Source: Planctomycetales bacterium (GTDB lineage: Bacteria > 4484-113 > JAFGCY01). From it: a stretch of 32,000 nucleotides of DNA. How positions within the stretch are numbered: the stretch's first letter is position 1; every line of letters starts with the position of its first letter. Location: the NCBI GenBank assembly GCA_022646745.1, contig CP060262.1, forward strand, positions 60,001 through 92,000, in the 5' to 3' direction. Both the position numbers and the translations under genes were made by a program. Positions 1 to 6,992 of this stretch are shown piece by piece. Under the pieces are notes generated by a model. That model was given only the letters and a program-made list of their open reading frames with translations, ran no database searches and was not told the origin of the DNA.

Positions 1-136
1 CCTCGAGGCTGTATGCGCGAGACTTCACCACCACGGCCTGGAACGGCAGTTCGCTGACCGGGCAGGTGTATTCCTTCACATAGTATTCAGACGGCAGCTT
101 CAGTCTGCTGTCCGCCACGGTTGTGACTCGGTGCAA
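1..136 (-). CDS. hypothetical protein, N-terminal part only (continues past the window start)
   Basis: The minus-strand frame is open from the window edge up to an in-frame TGA at 154-152. A TTG at 136-134 is preceded by AGGAAGG (148-142). It reads (M)HRVTTVADSRLKLPSEYYVKEYTCPVSELPFQAVVVKSRAYSLE. Only 45 codons are visible. There is a faint resemblance to N-termini of DUF2225-type zinc-ribbon proteins, which is not enough to assign a family. Confidence 0.3.
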   Translation of the reverse strand, partial: MHRVTTVADSRLKLPSEYYVKEYTCPVSELPFQAVVVKSRAYSLE

Positions 137-174
137 AGTGACCTTCCTTGCTCACCTCTGGGAAAAAGTATAAC

Positions 175-203
175 GGGACAGCACAGCCCGCATGATTTAG
201 AAT
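175..203 (+). promoter_or_regulatory. candidate sigma70-type promoter giving a (near) leaderless amidohydrolase mRNA
   Basis: GGGACA (175-180), a 17-nt spacer, TAGAAT (198-203), then 6 nt to the ATG at 210. No Shine-Dalgarno sequence lies in between. Confidence 0.25.
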
Positions 204-209
204 TGGTGA

Positions 210-1487
210 ATGCCAGTACATCTGATCAATGCTGAAGTCTACGTCGGCCGCGGGAAATTTGACAAGCGGTCCAATGTTGCCATTTCCGGCGGGAAGATCA
301 AGTCCGTCGGCACGGCCGCCCCGCCGCGCGGGGGAAAGCGCGTCAGTTTCGGCGACCTGCACGAGCAGTACCTCGACTGGACCCAGGGCCCGCTGACCGA
401 GGTCGGCAAGCGCCCGGTGCCGAAGGATGCCGGCAACCTCGTCGTCGACTGCAGCGGGCTGCGGATCTACCCTGGCATGATCGAGCCGCATTGCCACATC
501 ACCTGCTTCGAGGATGGCGCCGGCCCCGTCGGCTCGCAGGGCAATGACACCTCCGACCCGAACACCGCGCACCTCGACATCAAGGACAGCATGTGGCCGG
601 AGGACCTAGCGGTGCCGGATGCGCGCCAGGCGGGCATCACCACCGCCGCCGTGTTCCCGGGCAGTGCCAACCTGATCGGCGGCATGATCGTGGTTGCCAA
701 GATGTACGGCCGCACCGTGGACGAGATGGTGATCGTCGAGAAGCAGGGCCTGAAGATGGCGCTCGGCGAGAACCCGATGCGGGTCTACGGCCAGGGCCAG
801 AACCGCTTCCCGAAGACCCGCTTCGGCAACGCGGCCGGCATCCGCACAGCGCTTGATGAAGCGCTGCACTACGGTGCGACGCTGGATGCCTGGAAGAAGA
901 AGAGCAAGGCCGAGCAGGCAAAGAGCCCGTTCAAGCGTGACCGCAAGCTGGAGAACATCCTCGGCGCGCTGCGCGGTGAGTACCCGGTGCGCTGCCATGC
1001 GCACCGCGTTGACGACATCTACACCGCGATCCGGCTGAGCAAGGAGTACGGCTTCGAGCTGGTGCTGGAGCACATGACCGAGGCCTACAAGATCGCCGAG
1101 TACATCGGCCGCGAGAAGATCAAGGGCACGCTCGGGCCCTACCTCACATCACGCGTGAAGTATGAGCTGCGCGAGCGCAGCACCAGGAGCGGCGGGATCC
1201 TCGATGACAACGGCATCCTTTTCGCCTTCCAGACGGACCATCCCGTGCTGCCGATCCAGACCCTGCCGCTGGCGGCCGCCTGGGCCGTGAAGGACGGGAT
1301 GGACGAGGCGGCGGCCGTTGACAGCATCACGATCAACGCGGCGAAGGTGCTCGGCATCGACAAGCGCACCGGCAGTATCGCCGCGCGCAAGGATGCCGAC
1401 CTGTTCATCACGGATGGCGACCTGCTGGACACGAGGCACCACGTGCTGGCCACCTTCATCGACGGCTTCTGCGTCCACGCTGTGTAG
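210..1487 (+). CDS. amidohydrolase-superfamily metallohydrolase (COG1228-like)
   Basis: 425-aa ORF with an ATG start. It has the H-x-H metal motif IEPHCH, the N-terminal composite-domain pattern VAISGGKIKSVG, and a C-terminal KDADLFITDGD motif typical of amidohydrolases. The antisense ORFs here are shadows. Confidence 0.85.
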   Translation: MPVHLINAEVYVGRGKFDKRSNVAISGGKIKSVGTAAPPRGGKRVSFGDLHEQYLDWTQGPLTEVGKRPVPKDAGNLVVDCSGLRIYPGMIEPHCHITCFEDGAGPVGSQGNDTSDPNTAHLDIKDSMWPEDLAVPDARQAGITTAAVFPGSANLIGGMIVVAKMYGRTVDEMVIVEKQGLKMALGENPMRVYGQGQNRFPKTRFGNAAGIRTALDEALHYGATLDAWKKKSKAEQAKSPFKRDRKLENILGALRGEYPVRCHAHRVDDIYTAIRLSKEYGFELVLEHMTEAYKIAEYIGREKIKGTLGPYLTSRVKYELRERSTRSGGILDDNGILFAFQTDHPVLPIQTLPLAAAWAVKDGMDEAAAVDSITINAAKVLGIDKRTGSIAARKDADLFITDGDLLDTRHHVLATFIDGFCVHAV

Positions 1488-1745
1488 GAGGTCCGGCGAA
1501 GCTGTGTTACGGAGGCCAGGCTGTAAGCCTGGCTCGGGGGTCCGGCGCAAGCCGGGCTAGCAAGTGATGAGCAAGTAAGAATGAGCAATGAGCCTGACAA
1601 AGGTCCTTGATTACCACGACCTGCGACACGCTCATTGCTCATTGCTCCTCGCTCAGTCTTCATTGCTGAGCGAAGCTGTGCTACGGAGGCCAAGCTGTAA
1701 GCTTGGCGACTGCCAGGCAAACTGCCTGGCCTCCTGCACGTCACG
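1487..1745. repeat. composite structured spacer between convergent genes: GGAGG-hairpins, 37-nt direct repeat and a heptamer-built long dyad
   Basis: TAGGAGG lies at 1485-1491. Hairpins are at 1515-1533 (GCCAGGCT-GTA-AGCCTGGC), 1542-1555 (CCGGC-GCAA-GCCGG) and 1712-1730 (GCCAGGCA-AAC-TGCCTGGC, with GGAGG on the minus strand at 1734-1730). A direct repeat spans 1497-1533 and 1671-1707. There is a 13-bp perfect pairing between 1581-1593 and 1630-1642. A TTGCTCA-like heptamer array runs 1635-1669. Confidence 0.8.
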
Positions 1746-1748
1746 CCT

Positions 1749-2942
1749 CTAATGCGTGCGGCTCAGGCGTGCCGGCAGGCTCAGCTTCAGCACCGCCATC
1801 ACCATAAGCAGGATCACTCCCAGCACCAGCAGGTTGCCAAGCCAGGACAGCATGATCGCGCTGCCTGTGCAGGGGAACAGCACGAGGCTCGAGTCGCTGT
1901 ACAGCACGAGGTGCTCGCGGAAGCGCAGTGCTTGCTCACCTTCGATCATGGAGGCCTTGACCTGGAACACCGGCCCGGCGATGCCGTAGTACATGTAGCG
2001 CAGTGAGTTCACCAGCCGCGCAAACAGGGTGTCCTCATAGAACAGGCTGGTTGGCAGCACCGTGGTGAAGAAGGCGGGCGCCAGCGCCAGCATTGCCAGC
2101 AGCGTCAGCGCCGCCGTTCGCGACCAGCGCCGCGCAATGCCGAACAGCGCCACGGCCGTCAGCATCAGCGGGATGCACCACCAGAACTCGCCGATTGGCA
2201 GGGCCTCCCTGATCAGCGGCCGCCCGCTGAAGATATGTCCGTCCCCCAGCACCAATACACCGCTGAGGATCGCCACATCCAGCGAGCGCAGCGCGAGGAA
2301 GCTGCCGCCGGCCAGTGATCCCCCGGCCACGGCCAGCGCAGTGATCCACAGTGACAGCGCCCCGATCGCGAATGCGCTGGAGCTGAACTGCGAGATTGAT
2401 TCCACCAGGTTGACATAGTGCCCCGGCAGCAGCACATTCGTGGACGAGCCGCCAAAGCTTGTGCCGAACTGCACCATCGTCTGGATGCTGTGCGGTGACA
2501 TCCGGTCCGCCAGCGCGCTGAGAAAGCCCAGCCCGGTGTACACGATCAGTGCCACCGGCATGATCAGCGTGCCCTGGCCGTAGCAGACCAGCAGCCGCTG
2601 CAGCGGGCTGGCGTCAAAGCTCGGAGCCGCACTTTCGTAGAGCAGGCGGCGCATCTCTCGCTGGCAACTGATTGCCGCACTGGCCCACAGGCCGATGAAG
2701 GCATACAACAGCAGCATGATCGGGACGCTGAGGAAGCGCTGCGCACTCTTGATCATCGCACTGCTGGCGACCTGCTTGTTGATCAGCCACTCCTGCAGCG
2801 GCATGTTGGGCATCAGCATGTAGTGCAGCGCTGCCCCGGCCGTCAGCAGGGCGACCGGCAGGATCAGCCAGCGTCCGGCCCTGTCCCACCAGCGCGCCAT
2901 CGGCAGTCGCATCAGTCCCCAGAGGTTCGTCAGGTCATTCAT
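1749..2942 (-). CDS. polytopic integral membrane protein, unknown function
   Basis: 397-aa ORF with about 9-10 hydrophobic segments, GC-rich third codon positions and a TAG stop at 1751-1749. I recognise no family motif. Confidence 0.7.
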   Translation of the reverse strand: MNDLTNLWGLMRLPMARWWDRAGRWLILPVALLTAGAALHYMLMPNMPLQEWLINKQVASSAMIKSAQRFLSVPIMLLLYAFIGLWASAAISCQREMRRLLYESAAPSFDASPLQRLLVCYGQGTLIMPVALIVYTGLGFLSALADRMSPHSIQTMVQFGTSFGGSSTNVLLPGHYVNLVESISQFSSSAFAIGALSLWITALAVAGGSLAGGSFLALRSLDVAILSGVLVLGDGHIFSGRPLIREALPIGEFWWCIPLMLTAVALFGIARRWSRTAALTLLAMLALAPAFFTTVLPTSLFYEDTLFARLVNSLRYMYYGIAGPVFQVKASMIEGEQALRFREHLVLYSDSSLVLFPCTGSAIMLSWLGNLLVLGVILLMVMAVLKLSLPARLSRTH

Positions 2943-3045
2943 CTCATCAGTGGCAGGCCGGCATTGCAGCGCCGGCTATCCAATCCAGACGCAGTGCCAC
3001 TGCACCTGTTCAGCTTATCAGATAAGGGGATTCCGCCAGCCTTGC

Positions 3046-4182
3046 TCAGCTGAAATCCACGGTGATCAGCGAGACATCATCGCGCCACTGGCCATGTTCG
3101 GTCAGCTCGCGGCTGCGCTTCAGCAGCATGTCGCAGTACTCGTCGGCATCCAGCTCCAGGCCGCTGCGCATCACCTGGTCACGGAACTGCTCCTCGCTCA
3201 GCCAGCGGCTGTCGTCCTGCTTGAACTCCACCAGCCCGTCCGTGAACAGCACCAGCCGGTTGCTGCTCCAGCCCAGCTGCAGTTCAACCGTGTCAATCTC
3301 ATAGCTGTCAAACATCCCGAGTGCGGGGCCGCTGGACGGGATCGATACGAATTCCGCAGTGTCGCGGTTCAGCCAGTAACTGTTGCGGTGGCCAGCATTG
3401 GCGATCCGTAGGCGCCGCTTGCTGAGGTCGATCAGCAGGCAGACCGCGGTGGATATCTGGAAGTGTTCACCAAAGCTGAGCATCGCCGTATTGAGACCGC
3501 GCAGGAATGCATCAGGCGTTTCGCACAGGGCCACATTGTCATCAAACCAGCCCTTGATGCGGGAGGCCACCATCGCGGTGACGAATCCATTGCCGCTTAC
3601 GTCGGCCTGCAGGATCGCGAGCCTGTTTTGATCAAGCAGGCGGTAGTCCTGGTAGTCCCCGCACAGCCGGCCACCGGGTATCAGCCGAGATGCCAGCCTG
3701 AAGGATCCGGTCTGCATCCCGGCCGGGGGCAGCATGCTCTGCTGCACCTGCTGGCCCTTCAACAGTTCCTCCCCCTCCGGATCGCTGCGCTTGCGGTCCA
3801 GCAAGCCGAGCAGTTGCTGGCGGTAGCGGATCATCGAGCCGACGTTTGCATTGAGCAGCTCGACCTGCAGCGGCGTGCGCAGGATCTGCATTGCGCCGTT
3901 GCTGACGGCTTCCTCGGGTTGCAGGCCGGACTTTTCATCGTGGACCGCCAGCAGCGGCACGTCGCGCAGCCGGGTGTCACCACTGATGCCCCGGATCAGG
4001 CCGGCCAGCTCGGGATGGCCATCAAGGTAGACGATCACGCATTCTGGATCGACAGCGGCAATGTCCCTGACGTAGTCTGTGCTTCCCCTGACGATGCTTA
4101 CCGCGTAGCGATCCGCGTCTAGTGAGTCCGCCAGGAACCCAAGGTCATTGTCGCCTGGATCGTAGAGGACGACCCGGGACAA
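3046..4182 (-). CDS. REC-like domain / PP2C (SpoIIE, RsbU-type) serine phosphatase
   Basis: PP2C/SpoIIE motifs are present: GDYQDY...ILQADVSGNGFVTAMVAS, ANAGHRNSYWL and LVLFTDGLVE. The N-terminal ~120 aa is receiver-like (VVLYDPGDND ... VIVYLDG ... PLLAV ... RTP). I prefer the TTG at 4182-4180 with GGAGG about 10 nt upstream over the longest TTG at 4332, which would overlap the divergent gene. Confidence 0.8.
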   Translation of the reverse strand: MSRVVLYDPGDNDLGFLADSLDADRYAVSIVRGSTDYVRDIAAVDPECVIVYLDGHPELAGLIRGISGDTRLRDVPLLAVHDEKSGLQPEEAVSNGAMQILRTPLQVELLNANVGSMIRYRQQLLGLLDRKRSDPEGEELLKGQQVQQSMLPPAGMQTGSFRLASRLIPGGRLCGDYQDYRLLDQNRLAILQADVSGNGFVTAMVASRIKGWFDDNVALCETPDAFLRGLNTAMLSFGEHFQISTAVCLLIDLSKRRLRIANAGHRNSYWLNRDTAEFVSIPSSGPALGMFDSYEIDTVELQLGWSSNRLVLFTDGLVEFKQDDSRWLSEEQFRDQVMRSGLELDADEYCDMLLKRSRELTEHGQWRDDVSLITVDFS

Positions 4183-4305
4183 GCTGCATCCACCTCCACT
4201 GAATTGCCCGCAAAACCGTGCAGTCCTGACTGCACTTGTCTCAATACCGTGCAATCCCCACTGCAAACTGATATTACCCCATCGTATTAGGAATCCCGGT
4301 ACATT

Positions 4306-5976
4306 ATGGAAAATCCCACTGCCGGCGGGCAAAAGCCCAGCCTGCTACAATCTGAGCCCGGAGGCATGATGACCGCTATTTCAGACCTGATCAGCTCCCT
4401 GGAGACACGCGTGGACCCGCTCAGCCGCGAAATCTGCGAGGTTTACTGGGAGATGGCCAACACGGGCAATGAGGAACTGCACGCGCGCATGGTTGAGCTG
4501 GAGATGGGTATGCACGCCATCTTCTCCGATGCGCAGGCCTTCGCTACGATCCGCGAAGCGCTGGCCGACGAGCAATACAGTGGCGAGACCCGCCGCGTGC
4601 TGGAGCTTTTGCACAATGAATTCGCCGGCAGCCAGGAAAGTGAGGAGATCGCGCGGCGCAAGGCCGAACTGTCCACTTCGATTGACGGCGACTATGCCAA
4701 TTTCCGGGCGGAGCTGAACGGCGAGAAACTCAGCGCGAACGACATCCTCGATGTGCTGAAGCACTGCAATGCCAGCCCGGTGCGCAAGGCCACCTGGCAG
4801 GCCGCCAAGCGCATCGGCCCGGTGGTGGCCCCGAAGATCCTCGAGCTCGTGGAGCTGCGCAACCGCACCGCCCGTGAGCTTGACTACCGCGACTACTACG
4901 ACATGTCCCTCAAGCTGCAGGAGATCGACGAGCATGAAATGCTCACGGGATTCCGCAAGCTGGAGGAACTGACCCGTGAACCCTTCGCCGCGCTGAAGGC
5001 CGGGCTGGATGCAAGGCTCGTGACGCGCTTCCGCCTCGGATCAACTGAGGAGCTGCGCCCCTGGCACTATGAGGATCCCTTCTTCCAGGAGGCCCCGGCC
5101 ATCGTCGAGCTGGACCTCGACAGCCTGTTCGCCGGTGCGGACCTCGAGAAGCTGACAACCGACACCTTCGACCGCATTGGGCTGGACATCCGCCCCTCGC
5201 TCGCCATCAGCGACCTCTACGAACGTGAGAACAAGGACCAGCATGCCTTCTGCATGATGGTCGGCCGCGATCCCTCCCGCGTGCACGTGCTGTGCAACTG
5301 CCGTGACAACGAGAGCTGGGCCGCCACGATGCTGCATGAGTACGGCCACGCCGTCTACGACATGGGGCTGGACCCGCTGCAGCAGTACTTCCTGCGGGAC
5401 TGCGCGCACATTTCCTCCACCGAGGCGATCGCGATGCTGTTCGGCCGCCTGACCCATGACGAAGCCTGGCTGGTTGACATCCTCGGCGTGGACAGCGCGA
5501 AGGCCGCCGCGGCTTCCGCCGATGCCCGCCGCCAGCAGTCCTGGGCGATGCTTTTGTTCGTGCGCTGGATGATGGTGATGGTCAACTTCGAGCGCAGCCT
5601 GTACAACGACCCCTCCCAGGACCTGAACAAACTGTGGTGGGACCTGGTCGGGCAGTACCAGATGGTGACGCGCCCCGACAACCGCGACGAACCGGACTGG
5701 GCCACCAAGACGCACATCGCCCAGGCCCCGGTCTATTACCAGAACTACCTGCTCGGTGAGATGACCGCCAGCCAGCTCAAGCACTACATCGAGCACAAGC
5801 TTGGCAACGAACCGCTGGTGCGCCAGCCGCGCACCGGTGAGTGGCTGCGCGACGGCCTGTTCCGCCGCGGCAGCCTGCTGCACTGGAACGAGACCCTGCG
5901 CGAACTGACCGGCGAACGGCTCAACCCGCAGTACTTCATCGACGACTTCGTATCACAGCAGGAGGCCGGGGCATGA
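4306..5976 (+). CDS. gluzincin zinc metallopeptidase, M2 (ACE-like peptidyl-dipeptidase)-like layout
   Basis: HEXXH motif LHEYGHAVY with a downstream STEAIA (candidate third Zn ligand Glu). The upstream D-x-RV-x-x-LCNC segment and the N-terminal EVYWEMANTGNEE resemble ACE/M2 family patterns. An M3 or M32 relationship cannot be excluded by eye. Alternative starts are ATG 4366/4369, just after GGAGG at 4360-4364. Confidence 0.7.
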   Translation: MENPTAGGQKPSLLQSEPGGMMTAISDLISSLETRVDPLSREICEVYWEMANTGNEELHARMVELEMGMHAIFSDAQAFATIREALADEQYSGETRRVLELLHNEFAGSQESEEIARRKAELSTSIDGDYANFRAELNGEKLSANDILDVLKHCNASPVRKATWQAAKRIGPVVAPKILELVELRNRTARELDYRDYYDMSLKLQEIDEHEMLTGFRKLEELTREPFAALKAGLDARLVTRFRLGSTEELRPWHYEDPFFQEAPAIVELDLDSLFAGADLEKLTTDTFDRIGLDIRPSLAISDLYERENKDQHAFCMMVGRDPSRVHVLCNCRDNESWAATMLHEYGHAVYDMGLDPLQQYFLRDCAHISSTEAIAMLFGRLTHDEAWLVDILGVDSAKAAAASADARRQQSWAMLLFVRWMMVMVNFERSLYNDPSQDLNKLWWDLVGQYQMVTRPDNRDEPDWATKTHIAQAPVYYQNYLLGEMTASQLKHYIEHKLGNEPLVRQPRTGEWLRDGLFRRGSLLHWNETLRELTGERLNPQYFIDDFVSQQEAGA

Positions 5977-6971
5977 TCCGCCATTGCCAATTGACCCTGA
6001 TCATCCTCCTGCTGCTGGCAACGGCTTCCTGCCAGCGCAGCATGTCCGGCGAGGAGCGCGGCATCAGTGGCAACAATGCCACGCATCCCTGGCAGCTGCC
6101 CTCCGGCTCCGATGACTACGTCCGCCGTCCGACCCTGGCCGACACGCCGGAGATCCCGGCCGACGGCGAGGTGGACCGCCCGCTGGGCCGCGGCCCGGAC
6201 TTCCTGCCGCAGGACACCCTTGAAGAGGGCCTGCTGCCCGGCTCCTGGGTGATGGTCGGCTCCTGCGTGAATGAACGGCTCGACCTGCAGAGCAACACCG
6301 TCTACAACACGCTCACGATCCAGTCCAATGGCATGTTCCGCCTGTTCGTCTACGGTGACGGCCAGCTTTCTCGCGAGACTTCGGGCAACTGGGACAAGAC
6401 CGCCCCTGGCGTGCTGACGCTGCTCGTGAACGACCAGAATGGCAACCCGATCACCACTGAGATGTACTGCGAGATGTTCGACGCGGACTTCCTCTTCATG
6501 TGGAGCTACAGTGACCACCGCGGCTACTGGTACGCCCGCCAGGTGCTGGATGAGCCAGTGCAGCAGATCGGCTGGAACCGCTATGACAGCAACCTCGGCA
6601 CCTTCACATTCACAAACGTCGGCCGCCAGTCCTACTACGGTGTGCTGACAACCGCCGACGGCAGCAGCTGGCAGCTCAACGGCTACCTTGTGGACGGCAT
6701 CCTCAACTTGGCCTGGAGTGACAGTGCCAACAACGGCAGCGGCTTCGCGGCCTTCATCGTCGAGGATGACTGGGACCGCCTGCGCGGCACCTGGTGGAAG
6801 AACGACTACGAGGCCCGCCCGTTCAGCGATGCCTTCCTGGCGCAGGCCGACCGCGCCGCGGGCTCGGTGCCGCAGCCCACGGAGGATGTCCCACAGTCGT
6901 CCGCGGAAGCGGATGCACAGGAAGGCACAACTGATGCCGAACCCACTGCGGACACGGACGCCGGCGCCTGA
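5973..6971 (+). CDS. lipoprotein, unknown function, acidic C-terminal tail
   Basis: The ATG at 5973 overlaps the peptidase stop (ATGA, 5973-5976), with GGAGG at 5961-5965. The signal peptide MIRHCQLTLIILLLLATASC has a lipobox-like Cys. The 132-nt upstream extension in the ORF track overlaps the peptidase and is rejected. Confidence 0.65.
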   Translation: MIRHCQLTLIILLLLATASCQRSMSGEERGISGNNATHPWQLPSGSDDYVRRPTLADTPEIPADGEVDRPLGRGPDFLPQDTLEEGLLPGSWVMVGSCVNERLDLQSNTVYNTLTIQSNGMFRLFVYGDGQLSRETSGNWDKTAPGVLTLLVNDQNGNPITTEMYCEMFDADFLFMWSYSDHRGYWYARQVLDEPVQQIGWNRYDSNLGTFTFTNVGRQSYYGVLTTADGSSWQLNGYLVDGILNLAWSDSANNGSGFAAFIVEDDWDRLRGTWWKNDYEARPFSDAFLAQADRAAGSVPQPTEDVPQSSAEADAQEGTTDAEPTADTDAGA

Positions 6972-6992
6972 TCCACATTCGGGGCTGGCCGC

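Noticed and set aside
1581-1642. Remnant of a four-helix-bundle gene in the loop of the 1581-1642 hairpin; the plus-strand reading KVLDYHDLRHAH vaguely resembles the DL-x-VWQ N-terminus of that family
   Set aside because: Only about 6 residues are comparable and the hallmark VWQ is absent. This cannot be distinguished from chance without a profile comparison.
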